Positions 26,923-40,006 of a DNA stretch of 64,000 nt are shown in pieces (positions within the stretch are counted from its first letter, which is position 1; each line of letters begins with the position of its first letter). Position numbers and translations under genes: made by a program. The notes beneath the pieces are model-generated. The model was not told the origin of the DNA. It ran no database searches and was given only the letters and a program-made list of their open reading frames with translations. Source of the stretch: Octopus vulgaris (lineage: Eukaryota); contig OX597823.1 in assembly GCA_951406725.2 (NCBI GenBank), positions 83,266,001-83,330,000 of the forward strand, given 5' to 3'.

Positions 26923-27494
26923 CTTGGTAAATTTACCTTGACATTTCTCAATAGTTTGTTTCGCCCGATCACGAGCCACGTCTCATGCGGCCCGCTTCTC
27001 GAATGAAGGATACCCACGGCCGATACAAACACTCCCTCGTTAGCTCACTGAGTTACTTGTTTTAATTGCTTGCTGACATTCAATCAATTAGATTATACAT
27101 TAAGCAATCTCATTTATACCAGACTAGCTGGCAACCAGCGACAATTCCACTTTTCTCTAGCAAATCTCAGAACATCTTTTATTTTACATTCTCTTCCAGC
27201 AAACACCCTCGCACCCACCCATCCACATACCCCTCATGTAAAAAAAACCAACCCAACCCAACCCCTTCGCTACGTTGAATTATTTGATTAAACTGATTGA
27301 ATACTTTCGGACGTGACACTGAATAAGGTTGGATAGATTCTGAGGTTGCGCTAAAAACCTGTAACCTCTTTTTTTGCTTCGCTTTCCAATAAAGATATAA
27401 TTTTATATCCTTGGCAACCAAAATATTCGTGATGTGCGTTTTGACTCGCAGATCGTAAATTCCACGTATTTTTTTGTTTTGTTTTCCGGGGTTT

Positions 27495-27790
27495 TGTCGT
27501 TGTTATTATTATTACTGTTGCTGCTGCTGCTGCTGCTGCCGCTGTTGTTGCTGTTGTTGTTGTTGCTTTTGTTACTGCTGCTGCTGCTGTTGTTAGGCTA
27601 CTGCTGTTGCTGATGTTGATGATGATGATGATGTGTTGTTGTTTTTGTTGTTGGTGTAGGTATTGTAGTTGTGATTGCTGTTTTTGCTGCTGCTGTTGTT
27701 GTTATTATTGTTAATGTTGTTGTTGTTGTTATTGTTGTTGTTGTTTTTGTTGTTCTTGTTGTTCTTGTTCTTGTTCTTGTTGTTGTTGAT
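27495..27790. repeat. (GTT/GCT/GAT)n compound microsatellite
   Basis: Trinucleotide runs. Confidence 0.9.
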
Positions 27791-28764
27791 TTATGTACGG
27801 TTACTTTTGACTTGCTTGTTTGTGTTCTACAATGATTCTGTGCTCCATTGTTTTTGTGGGGTTATATATATATTTTTTTTCCTTTGTATATTTATATATG
27901 TTTATCGATTCTTTGACAAATAATGTAAATTTATAATCAATCTTTTAATTACACTGTAAAATTAATTCCAAAGAATTACCAAGTAAAAAATAAGAAAAAA
28001 CGAAAATAACCAAAGACGAAGTTGACATAAACCATTGTTTATCAATATGAAAATTCTATGAATATCAAATATATAATATATGTGATTACAATTTCTCCTA
28101 CGATTGTTCGCAGCTGAAAAGATTTTTCAGATACAATTAATAGTTAATTGTGTTTGCATAAGAAAAATAATAAAGAAAAAAAAATAATAATAATAATAAT
28201 AATAATAATAAACAAAAAAAAGTATTACAGATATCGAACACTGGGGAAATAATTCAAGACCAAAAACAAGCAATCATCTATAATCCAATGAGATGATTAA
28301 ACAAACGAACAAAGGTGGCTTGTTTAATAGAGTACAAGACAATCAGCCAAGGATTCCGTTGTTCGTGTTCTGTTAGAATAACTTGTAATGTTTTGTATTT
28401 GATTCCAATATTCTCTTAACCCTTCAACTGCGATATTAAGTTCCATGGTTATTTCCAGTTACGATTTTAAATTTCTACCAAAAAAAAAAGATAGAATTGA
28501 TCTTTTCAATAAGTCACGTTGCCTCAGCAAACTTGACATATCTCAACAGAAAATAGTTCCATACATAACATTCCTCAACAAAAGATAGATTCATATATGA
28601 AAATGTTACCGCAATTAAGGGCAATGAAATTTTGAGTGCGTCCATTAGCTTTCCGCAGTAAAAAAAGCTTAAATTTAAAATGGTTTATTAAATTTTACTT
28701 AAACTCCTCGCTTTCTTTGGTGCATAGACCATCGATAGTTTTTCTCCACTATGTTCGATTCTGA

Positions 28765-29065
28765 AGGGACATGGCCTAGTAGTTAGAGCAGCGGACTTTC
28801 GGTCGAGGGATCGCGGTTTCGAATCTCAGACCGGGTGATGTGTGTGTTTATGAGCGAAACACCTAAGCTTTACGCGGCTCCAGCAGGAGGTAATGGCAAA
28901 CTTCTGCTGACTCTTTCGCCACAACTTTCTCTCACTCTTTCCTCCTGCATCTTGCAGCTCACCTGCGACGGACCGGCGTCCCGTCCAGGAGGGGAACCTA
29001 TATGTCAAGGTAACCGGGAAACCGGCCCTTAGGAGCCAAGCGTGGCTCGAGAAGGAACAAACAAT
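28765..29065 (+). mobile_element. SINE family C
   Basis: catggcctagtagttagagcagcggact..ggtttcgaatctcagaccggg. Confidence 0.75.
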
Positions 29066-29290
29066 GTTCGATTCTAGGCTACCAACTGATTCTCTCCAGT
29101 TGGATACCTTCTCAATTTTGTTTTCTTCTTTTTTCGGCTCTGCCCCTCATTACCCCGCCTCTGGGCGTCCTCTCTTCTACATCCCTTGGCACCTTGGGCT
29201 AGTGTACCTTTCACTATAGCCACAAGTCGACCAAACCCTTATGAGTAAATCAGGTGGACGGAAATGAAAGAAGCTTGCCGTATGTGTTTG

Positions 29291-29352
<62 letters not shown>

Positions 29353-29749
29353 AATCTATCTATCTATCGATCGATCTATTTATCTAGCTAACCTACTACC
29401 GGTGCGTGTGTTTGTGTTAGCGTTTGTCTTACAAATCCCGCTTGACAACCGGTTTTGGTCTGCTTACATTCCCCATAACTTAGCGGTTCGGCAAAAGAAA
29501 CTGGCAGTACTAGTCTTAGAAAAAAGAAAATAAGTACTAGTATCGATTCATTAGACTTAAAAACCCTTCGGAGTGGTGCCCCAGCATGGACGTAGTACAC
29601 TGACCAAAACCAAGTATAAGGTAAAGAAGAACAAAACAAAACAGACTGAAATTTCATTGCATCGCATCACATCACTCTACGTCTGTATCTATGTATAGTT
29701 GCAAATACTTACGCATGTAATTATGTCGCTTATGAGGAGCCCCCAAGTT

Positions 29750-30170
29750 GTGTTCACCTTTTGATGATCATAGATACTCACCGTCTTCAGTCCTGCCTGT
29801 TCATCAAATGTGTTTCGAGGGAATTCAGTATGCCATCCTACTTGCCTTCTTTATTCCATCGACAAACCTTGTGTACGGTCGCCATTTTTTCTCTCTATTT
29901 AATTGAACTTCTAGTTTTCATTCACATAATTCTCGCATTCATGCCATCTGCCTGTATAACGTAACCAAAGAATTTTAATCTTTCTTTGACAATCAATGCT
30001 TCCAGAGCACTCACTAGTTTCATTTGCTGCATTATTGATCTGTTATTTTATCCGTCCATGTTATTCTCTATAATCTTCTCCAGTACCTCATTTTGAATAC
30101 ATCAATTTTCCTTCTATCATCTTTGTTAATTGTCCAGTTTTCGCATCCATACATCACTACTGCTGGATGC
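29750..30170 (-). mobile_element. RTE/BovB-like LINE C-terminal remnant
   Basis: PAVVMYGCENWTINKDDRRKIDVFKMRYWRRL..ITWTDK; RLKFFGYV; RPYTRFVDGIK. Confidence 0.75.
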
Positions 30171-30228
30171 AGCATTTATTTTAAACGAACTGCAATACCG
30201 ACTTTGTTCTTCATTCTTTTCATCTATG

Positions 30229-30259
<31 letters not shown>

Positions 30260-30470
30260 TGTCTGCCTATTTATCTATTAACGGGTTTGCATGTGTAAGA
30301 AACATTTCTATACATATGTATGCGCATACATGTACACTTACATGCATATAGTATATAATATATATCCTGTATGTGTATGCCTGTGTGTGCGTATATATAG
30401 ACACTCATATACATGCATAAATATATATATATACACATACACGCACATACATACATACGATTATACACAC

Positions 30471-30506
<36 letters not shown>

Positions 30507-30543
30507 TTATTTTTGTATGTATGCATATATATATACACACAGA

Positions 30544-30762
30544 CGAGGGGATGCTGAAAAGTTGTGGGCTTTAAGGGCGTCGCGAAAGGCCTGGTTGGAG
30601 GCCCAACCTTCTAAGTTCTTTTACGGGGCTTAGAAAAACTGAAGGACCGTTGTAGTTAGCGTGTGAATCTGAGAGAGGAATATCTTGAATAAAATCATTA
30701 TTAGCTGATCCTCCTGTACTTTCTTTCACCCAAAGCCAAAGGTTTTTCACCCCGCTCCTCCG
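30544..30762 (+). mobile_element. About 220-bp mariner-derived MITE
   Basis: cgaggggatgctgaaaagtt..CVNLREEYLE*-like end..ttttcacccc; same family as 58577-58794. Confidence 0.7.
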
Positions 30763-31259
30763 TAGCTTAGTGGTTAAGGTGTCGGAGTAATCATCGTAAG
30801 ATTGTGGTATCGATTCCTAGGCTCGGTGATGCATTGCGTTCTTGAGAAAAACACTTCATTTCACTTTGCTTCAGTCCATTAATCTGGCAAACGTAAGTAA
30901 TCCAGCAACGAACCGTATCGTCCGGGATAATGCAGTGTGGGGGGCGTATATATACGTCAAAGAAACCAGGAGAACGATCTTGTGGCTCTATATGACTCGG
31001 AAAGGGGTTTTAACATTTACAGATGTGTGCTCCTTTATGCATATATAAGCTTGTTTATGTGTATATATGCTGGTATATACGTGTGTATATATGGGGTCTG
31101 ATCAATAAGTACCTGGACTGTTACCATAGTAAGGAAGCTAAAGCGCGCAGAGTAAAGTCGCTTGGCAGAGATTGACCTTGAACTCTACAGTGCATGCGCA
31201 CTAAGTTCTAACTTTCTAGCTCACATCTGCTGTTTACAGCAGTGCTTCGAAGGAACGTG

Positions 31260-31890
31260 TATACTTATTTATGCGTATAAATTCTTATGTAAACATGCTT
31301 CTTTATGTGTGTATATGCTTTTTTATACTTATATATGCTTCCTTATGAATATATAAGCTTGTTTGTGTGTATATATGCCTTGTTTATGCGTACGTATATA
31401 TGATTGTTAATGCATATGTATGTTACTTTATGCGTATATAAGCTTGTTTATTTGTATATATACTTGTTTTTGTATATATGCTCGTTTACACATATATATG
31501 ACTGTTTATATATATATGTGCGTATATAAGCTTGCTTATGCTTATAGATGCTTGTTTGTGTGTATTTATGCTTGTTTATGCGTATAAATGCTTGTTTATG
31601 AATATATTCTTCTTTATGTGTAAATATGCTTCTTTGTTTGCGTGAAGTTTATGCTGGACTTCTTTATGTATATATCCTTCTTATGAGTATATATATATAT
31701 GCTTTTTTATGCATATATGTGATTGTTTATTCACATATATTATTTTTTATGCGTATATAAACTATTTATGCGTATATACGCTTCTTTGTGTGTATTTATA
31801 CTTGTTTATGCGTATATATGCTAGTATATACGCGCCTATATATACTTGTTTAGGTGTATATATGATTGTCGATGCGTATGTATGCACGTT
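31260..31890. repeat. Degenerate about 20-bp minisatellite (atgcttgtttatgcgtatat)n
   Basis: Many diverged tandem units. Confidence 0.75.
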
Positions 31891-33128
31891 TATGAAGATG
31901 TATAAAAAAAAGAGTAAGATTTTATTCATATTGGTATCCAATCTTATGCATTGAATATGAATATTCAGTTACAGAAGAAAATCATTGGATTCTCTATATT
32001 CATTAAATCTTAATTTATCTTTAACGAAGCTGACAGCGAGTTGTCAGAAATGTTAGAACGCTTATCAAAATGGCGTTTGTCTCTGTCAAAGCTAACGAGT
32101 TTTATTTCTTTTATTTTTCAGATTTTTTAAATTTTTAATCCCATGGCTATATTATTCCTAATAGGAAGAACAGCAGCGTCTGTGATCGTCTTGTGGCTCT
32201 CCAAAGCAGGAGAGCTTAAAGTTTTCTAAAGTAGGAAGCTGTGTATCTTAATATCGAATTATCCCCGGCTGCAGTGACTGGGCGGAACGCTTCCAACAGA
32301 ATGTTCCCCGCATAAGACATCCAAGGATCATGTGAGGGTGTCGAACCGATGAATTGATTATATTTGCCACCCAAGGACACGGGTAGCCAATTCAATAGGC
32401 TTTCACTCATTTTTCCCAAAACTTAATTTCACATTCAAGTCTTGCACTGAGCTGAGGCTATAATAAAAGACACATGCCCAGGGTATTATACTGTGGAATC
32501 GAACCGGGAGCAACGTGATTGTGACGAAATGTTTTTAACCATGACTATACTTATACTTCATTCCGTTTAACGATTTTACACGTAACAGTAAAATACTTCA
32601 AATGTATTATCGAATGCCATCATTACATCAATTCAAAATGTAGAGCAATCTTTAGCTGCACAAAGACATAGAATTTAATTAAATTAGAACAGATGGACAC
32701 ATTAATATAATTATACCTAAAATCTCCAAGAAGTTAAGGAGATAGACAAAGAACATGTACCTACAACAACATAGCCGTAACATATTTTCTCTTCCTCATT
32801 TTTGGGGTCGATAAAATAAAGTAGCCGTCAAATACTGGGTTCAATTTAATCGAATAACCCTAAGCTTGAATTTGAGGTCTTTTCCTAGTAAGGAAATCAT
32901 TGTCGTTATTAAAATAAGGCGATGTTTTGACGAAATCATTAGGTCAATGAATGAATTTCTGTGCGGTATTTACTTCACGTGCTTTTACGTTTTGGTTGGC
33001 CCGGCTTGAAGAATCCGTCTTGTGATTCTTCCCTGTGACATTCTCATTATACGTCTTTAGTACCAGAACTATGGCCTCTCAATGCGGAGAAGCAGTGGTT
33101 CGATCTGGAGAGACTCCATGTCGAGTAA

Positions 33129-33168
<40 letters not shown>

Positions 33169-33944
33169 TTTTGCTTCAGCATGAATTGAAGTCGGGACTT
33201 CAGAAAATGTGAATGGAAAGCCGAAATTGAATACCGCAAATCTTTTACTCCGACACACTTTTACCTCAGCCAATCCACCTTTCTCCTGCCTTGGGTTAAC
33301 AGAAATTATAATTTTCCATATTGGAACAAATCTGCAAATATGGCCTCAAATTAATAAAGATTTAGTTGTGGTATTTTTATTGTTGTTGTTGTTGTTACTG
33401 GTTCTTCTTTTACTGTTATGTTTGTTGCTGTTGTTCTGGTTGTAGTTGTTGCTGCTGCTGCCGCTTCTGCTGCTGCGTAAAGAGAAATTTATGGAAAAGA
33501 AATTAACAGAATCCACAGCAATCACATTACAAAGACCGATCACATTATGATCTTCCTTGTATCGGTTTTTATTATATTAGAACACAGAAAATCGGAGAGA
33601 GTAATGCAGCGTTTCATACAATTAAATTAGAGGGTCTCAACGACATTATAATCACTCTCCGTAATTAGAGTGGAGCTTCTAGTGAGCCATAAATGTCTTC
33701 GTCACAATGACTTCTTGTCGATCCATCGAAAGAGCTTCTACTCGATTGCTTGACCTGCTAAAAATCGCAACCAAAGTTACCACATATCACACATTATCGT
33801 ATTAGTAAAAGAAGGACGTGTTAAACAATCAATATGATCCTATGCACTGGAAAAGATATGGCATGGTCATGATGGTATGGAATATATATATATATATATA
33901 TATATAAGAGACCGAAGTGTAAGTACGCCGCTATATATTTTTAT

Positions 33945-34257
33945 ATATAAAAAATACAAAAATGGGACAAGAACGCAAAACATCCAGATAGTCAGGTGAC
34001 TCAAAAAAGAGGACAACAAAACATCCAGACAGACGATACAAAGAAAACTAGGATGGGTCATTCGGAGTCTTCTTTTCTCAGTCGAATTCCAGATTATCTT
34101 TGCAATTTCGGCTGGTTATACTCGAGATTGCTGTAATCTGGCCAGCCCCAGGGAAAAACTAAGCTATGAGCATTAGATTCCTTGGAAGAAAGCAGCGAAT
34201 GTATACGAAAACAAGGACGGAAAAAAATGGAGAAATGTTACGCAAATACAAATGCAA
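33945..34257 (-). mobile_element. (TA)n-embedded interspersed repeat, inverted relative to 35690-35968
   Basis: caaaaatgggacaagaacgcaaaacatccagatag..gagcattagattccttggaagaaag. Confidence 0.7.
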
Positions 34258-34572
34258 TATATATATATATATATATATATATATGACCATGGGATTGCAC
34301 CGAGAAAGTTACTCTCTGAGGTACAAGTCCGGGCAAGACTCCCCTCTACACGCCACCAAGAGAAAGGCAAATGTCAATACAGCTTGGCACATGTGACGTC
34401 GCAACTCAGTTCTAAAGCTGAATGAACTGGAGCAACGTGAAATAATATGTCTTGCGCAAGAAGACAACACACAGCTCGGTCCGGGAGTCGAACTCAAAAC
34501 CTCATATCTGTGAGCCCGATGTTCTAACCACTGAGGCATATGCCTTCACTGTGTGTGTGTCTGTATGTGTGC

Positions 34573-34658
<86 letters not shown>

Positions 34659-34967
34659 CATTACGGGACCTGATGAGGTCTAAGCTGAAGTTTGGCAGCA
34701 ACAACCATTGCTTCTTATTAATAACATTCATCGTAAGCGACGAGCTGACAGAATTGTAAGCACACTGTTCAGAATACTTTGCAGTGTTTTCTCTGATTCT
34801 TTACAATCTGAGTTCAAATACCACCGAGGTCACCTTTGCCTTTCATCCTTACGTAGTCGATAAAATAAAGTACCAGTCAAAAACTGATGACGATGTAATC
34901 GACTTGCCCGCCTCTTAAAATTGTTGGCTTTGTGACTAAATTAAAAACTATATATATGTGTGAAATA

Positions 34968-35360
34968 GGCGCAGAAGTGGTTGTGTGGTAAGTAGATTGC
35001 TTACCAACCACGTGCTTCTCGGTTCAGTCCCACTGCGTGGCACCTTCGGCAAGTGTTTTCTATTATGCCTCCGGGCCGACTAAAGCCTTGTCAGTGGATT
35101 TGGCAGACTGAAACTGAAAGAAGCTTGCCGTATATGTGTGTGTGTGTGCATACGCGCGCGCGTGTGTGTGTCTATTTTTGTTCCTCATCATCGCTTGACA
35201 ACAGATGCTGGTGTGTTTACGTCCCTGTAACGTAACGGTTCGGCAAAAGAGACCGATAGAAGAAGTACTAGGCTTACAAACAATAAGTTGTGAGGTCGAT
35301 TTGCTCGACTAAAGGCGGTGCTCCAGCATGGCCGCAGTCAAAGGACTGAAGCGAAGAATA
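34968..35360 (+). mobile_element. SINE family B
   Basis: Full head, body and tail. Confidence 0.85.
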
Positions 35361-35364
35361 GAAT

Positions 35365-35968
35365 TCTTCCTCTCTCACATTTCCCCGCCTTCTCTTCTTC
35401 CGCATTGTCCCTCCTCTTTTCACTTCACTGTGTCCCTGTCATTTTTCTCGTCCCTCCTTAATTCTTCTGTTCCTCTGCCTCTAACTCTCTCTCCTCTCCC
35501 CACGTGACCGGAGTTCGGCCAAGCCTGATCTTTCTTTCTTGGTTCGGCCGTCATTTGTGCAGCATCTATATTCCTCCTTGTGCCTGTGAAATCTTGTATC
35601 CCTGCCGTAAGGCATTATTTCCACACACGCCAGCTTAATTTATTTCGTCCTTTGTCGAAAGACACCTGTTGTTATGTCCTGTTTTTTGTATCTCTGTAAG
35701 ATTCTCCGTTTTTCTTTCGTCCTTATTTTCGTATACATTTGCTACTTTCTTCCAAGGAATCTAATGCTCTTAGCTTAATTTTTTATTGGGGCTGGCCAGA
35801 TTGGAGCAATCTCGAGTATAACCAGCCGAAATTCCCTGGAACTCGACGGAAGAAAGAAAACTCCGAATGACCCGTCCTTGTTTTCTTTGTATCGTCTATC
35901 TGGATGTTTTGCTGTCCCTTTGTTGTATCAGCTATCTGGATGTTTTGCGTTCTTGTCCCATTTTGTAT
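35365..35968 (+). mobile_element. Longer copy of the 33945-34257 repeat, with 3' end joined to (TA)n
   Basis: Reverse-complement match over about 280 bp; pyrimidine-rich 5' part. Confidence 0.6.
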
Positions 35969-35982
35969 ATATATATATATAT

Positions 35983-36738
35983 ATTATATAAAAGGGCTTA
36001 GTAAAATAAATTACTTTGCCGCATACTGAACTTATTAGAAATAGCAGCTAAAAAACTTTTTTAAAACTATTTCTAATACTTAAAGAAAATCTCTCTCTTA
36101 TAGTGTTTGCTTAACTCAACTCACGAAAGTTTGGGGGTAAAGACATCAAAAAATCAAATGCAAAGGTTATTTGAGAACGTACGTTTCAAGATTAGTCAAC
36201 ACGACACTTCTATCATCAGCTCAGAAACTCCTTGGTTTGGATTTGAAAACACTGAAAGTGAGAGCATACCCTTTCGGCTTCTCATCGCTTTCGAAGATCT
36301 GCTCGTAACTAATTAGTTACGAGCAGATCTTCGAAAGCGATGAGAAGCCGAAAAGTATGCTCTCACTTTCAGTGTTTTCAAATCCAAACCAAGGAGTTTC
36401 TGAGCTGATGATAGAAGTGTCGTGTTGACTAATCTTGAAACGTACGTTCTCAAATAACCTTTGCATTTGATTTTTTGATGTCTTTACCCCAAACTTTCGT
36501 GAGTTGAGTTAAGCAAACACTATATGAGAGAGATTTTCTTTAAGTATTAGAAATAGTTTTAAAAAAGTTTTTTAGCTGCTATTTCTAATAAGTTCATTAT
36601 GCGGCAAAATAATTTATTTTACTAAGCCCTTTTATATAATGTAATAATTTGAATTCGCCTTAAATGGTCCCTTTGCATACTGAACACTTGGTGAAATTGA
36701 TTAATAATTAATTAATTTTACCCTCAATTGTTGAAATT
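35983..36738. mobile_element. Spacer-less palindrome (about 330-bp arms, centre 36312/36313) of an HHR-bearing unit within (TA)n
   Basis: gctcgtaactaa|ttagttacgagc; arms 35983-36312 and 36313-36640; single-copy tail to 36738. Confidence 0.9.
36401..36452 (+). ncRNA. Type-I hammerhead motif (mirror copy at 36172-36223, minus strand)
   Basis: tgag-CTGATGA-taga..gtc gtgtt gac..tctt-GAAA-cgtacg-TT-ctca; palindromic ACGTACGT stem III. Confidence 0.7.
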
Positions 36739-36759
36739 ATATATATATATATATATATA

Positions 36760-36982
36760 CTTTATTTTAAGCAGCAGAAAATTCAACAAAATCTGTTACT
36801 CTGAGTTTCTCGTTGCCGTTCATCAGACAGTTCTAGCAAAAACTGTCTGATGAACGGCAACGAGAAACTCAGAGTAACAGATTTTGTTGAATTTTCTGCT
36901 GCTTAAAATAAAGCATATTACTCTACCACTGGTATTTGAGTACTCTTTTTTCCACCTTGTTTCACATTTATGTGTTTACTCC

Positions 36983-36985
<3 letters not shown>
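36760..36985. mobile_element. 73-bp inverted repeat (8-nt loop) of an HHR-bearing unit plus tail, within (TA)n
   Basis: 36760-36832 is the reverse complement of 36841-36913. Confidence 0.9.
36843..36880 (+). ncRNA. Minimal type-I hammerhead motif (mirror copy at 36793-36830, minus strand)
   Basis: ctgt-CTGATGA-a cg gcaa cg a-GAAA-ctcagag-TA-acag. Confidence 0.7.
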
Positions 36986-37043
<58 letters not shown>

Positions 37044-37944
37044 GTATATATATATACACACGATAATATCGAACGAAGAGAATGAATGCCCAACACCGCA
37101 TTGATGGATAGAATTTCTCTCTATTTGTGTATTAAGGCTACCATTAGTTTCATGTTAAAAAATATCTTAATATCTCAACAAAGTGGTATCTACTTTTGGC
37201 ACAAGGCCAGCGATTTTAGCAGGAGAGTGTGGTCGTTTAGATCGAGCCCTGTGCTTGGTTGGAACTTTATTTTGTCGATCCCGGAACGATGAACGGCCAA
37301 GCGGAATTTGAACACCTCGGCGAAATTTGAACACAGAACGTAATGAGCCGGGAGATATACCTCTAAAATTACTTTTTTTTACTCTACGACACTCACATGT
37401 GGATTTACATATTTTTCCGTACGATTAATTAATTTATTCATTTTGCAAATAGTTTAGGCGTTTCCATATTATTGATTTAGTGCTAAATCATTGTATAGAG
37501 GAAATTATAAAGTCGAGCTTGGCAAGATTGTAACTCATTAATTAATTAACGATTTACAATCTTTACTGCATAAAGAGATTCTCACACTCAGCCTAATGTA
37601 ATGGCAAACATGAAAGAACAATAAACTAAGAGCAATAATCCAACTCTGAACTGCATTTCGATTCGATGATCTTCTGTCTTATTCATATCCATCATCTTGA
37701 CAAGATTTTCGCTTTATTATTTATTTATTTTGTTAGTTTGTACTTTACATTGGGAAAGAATAGGCAATGATGTTCAAAATACCTGCAAGGTCATTAGGTT
37801 AGTAGTGCATTACTAAATTTAAAATGGCTTCCACTGATTATCGCAGGCTCAACTTCCCAAGAGCTTACTTATTTTTTCAAAAGCCGAATTGAGAGTTTCT
37901 CCAATGGCATCTACAGCAGTAAAGTTTGTTGTAATAGAACATCC

Positions 37945-38100
37945 ACTTACTTACTTGTACTTGTGGCGACATTCACCCTGGGCGGGTTGAGTCGGCTTCT
38001 TCTACCACCCTCGAGGCATCTCGAACCATGGCAGCCCACGCACGACGGTCCTGCGCCAGTTCAATGGAGATAGCGAGCCAGTCACGATTCCATCGGTGAC
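37945..38100 (-). mobile_element. RTE-clade LINE 3' end with (GTAA)n-like tail
   Basis: RWNRDWLAISIELAQDRRAWAAMVRDA. Confidence 0.7.
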
Positions 38101-38330
38101 TCGGCTCGACCCGAATATCCACGCCCCCACTAGTCTCCTATTCGTTTGTGTACCTCGTGTGCGAAGTGCATTCACCTAACGTAACGTAACGTGGGAACAG
38201 CCTGATTTCAGTGAATGTGGGAGTGGTGCCAAAACTCACACTGAACTGCTGTGACAGACTCATTATTCTTCACGTAACTACCGTGCTCTACCGTCCACAG
38301 CGCCATGGCTTCACCTGAAAAGACAAAAAA
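38100..38330 (-). pseudogene. Tc1/mariner-type (DUF4817-like HTH) transposase N-terminal remnant
   Basis: MALWTVEHGSYVKNNESVTAVQCEFWHHSHIH*NQAVP..VNALRTRGT. Confidence 0.55.
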
Positions 38331-38519
38331 ATACTAAGACACCACTGTCTGATTGGTACCTGTCGGACGTATGTTCCTCCCATTAGGGGCTGAGTAATAT
38401 CCACGAGTTCCACCTGCCATCTCTCATTACTACCGACAGACGGCACAACAACTCAAAAACCGCTGCAAACGCAGCACAAAGAACAACAAAATCAATCAAT
38501 AATACACAATATATATTTT

Positions 38520-38745
38520 TTTACTACCCACAAAGGGCTAAGCACACAGAGGACAAACAAGGACAGACTAACGGATTAAGTCGATTATATCGACCCCAGT
38601 TCGTAACTGGTACTTATTTAATCGACCCCGAAAGGATGAAAGGCAAAGTCGACCTCGGCGGAATTTGAACTCAGAACGTAGCGGCAGACGAAATACTGCT
38701 AAGCATTTCACCCGGCGTGCTAACGTTTCTGCCAGCTCGCCGCCC
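38520..38745 (-). mobile_element. SINE family A, young subfamily
   Basis: Near-identical to 39771-40006 and 45764-45995. Confidence 0.9.
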
Positions 38746-39770
38746 TTTATGCTTTATATCGTATTTGTGATTCTTCATCCTCAGTTTTCAGAGTTCATTT
38801 AAGAGACGATTTCCATTTCGAGATAATCCTACAGGCATCATAGATCTGCTGAAAGATTTTTCCTGGAGAATTAACTTAGCTAACTTAACAAGAAACGAAG
38901 CAGTTGTTTCCTTGATATTCAACACTTTTGGTCACACAACATACAATAGTTTGATCAAGCCATTGCTTGAAACAATGAAGCCTACCTTCAGTATAACCAT
39001 ACATTTATTCTAGTCCTAATTCTACATGAAAAATTTTAGATTGTTCATTCAGATCTCCAGGCAACTCAGCACTCTCGCTTAAGCGGGGCTTAAGCCACAT
39101 TATCATTACTTCATCGTGTTCCACAATTTCTTACACTATTTTCCTTATGCACAACTTTTCCTTTGATTTACTGCTAGCGAAAACTGGATTATGTTTCTCT
39201 CTATTCCTTTATGTCATATACTGTCAAAGCATTAATGTTGCATAATTCACATAAGCTTCTTACAAATTCAATAATGCAGAATGTTTTTTCGCAAATTCAA
39301 TGTTATTTATTATGGACAAACGTATGGAGTTTCAGCTTTACATCACGAGAAGCGATTCCTTGATGTATTGAGAACATAGCTAGGGCTGAGCGTGAGCAGA
39401 TTATAATAAAAATAAAATACAGAGAGAAGAGTAGAAATGGTTTACTTGTGTTTACGAGTTCGTGCCAAACGATGAGGCAATAACCAATGCTGCCAAAACC
39501 GCAGCGACAAGTCGGTTCACCAAACCAGAAATTATGTTCAAATTAGAAGTGGCACAGGCTTATCGGTCATCGGATTAGTACAGAACAACTTTGTTACAAA
39601 AAGTTAATTTTTCTGTTACATCATTGCACCGTGTAAGGCGACGAAGTAGCTGAATCGCTAATAGTCGGATACAATCCTTATCAGCATTTCCCCCGTTTTT
39701 ATATTCTGGGTTCAAATTCTACCGAGGTCGACTTTGCATTTCATCATTTCGGGGTCATGAAGTAAATACC

Positions 39771-40006
39771 TATTTCTCTACTACCCACAAGGGGCTAAAC
39801 ACAGAAAGGACAATCAAGGACAGACAAACGGATTAAGTCGATTATATCGACCCCTTGTGCGTAACTGGTACTTAATTTATCGACCCCGAAAGGATGAAAA
39901 GTCAAAGTCGACCTCGGCGGAATTTGAACTCAGAACGTAACGGCAGACGAAATACGGCTACGCATTTCGCCCAGCGTGCTAACGTTTCTGCCAGCTCGCC
40001 GCCTTA
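39771..40006 (-). mobile_element. Young SINE A nested in an older plus-strand SINE A (39635-40100), 16-bp TSD
   Basis: tcatgaagtaaatacc at 39755-39770 and 40007-40022. Confidence 0.9.

Noticed and set aside
34665-34700. ctgatgaggtctaagctgaag as a hammerhead
   Set aside because: GAAG instead of GAAA, and no stem I or III.
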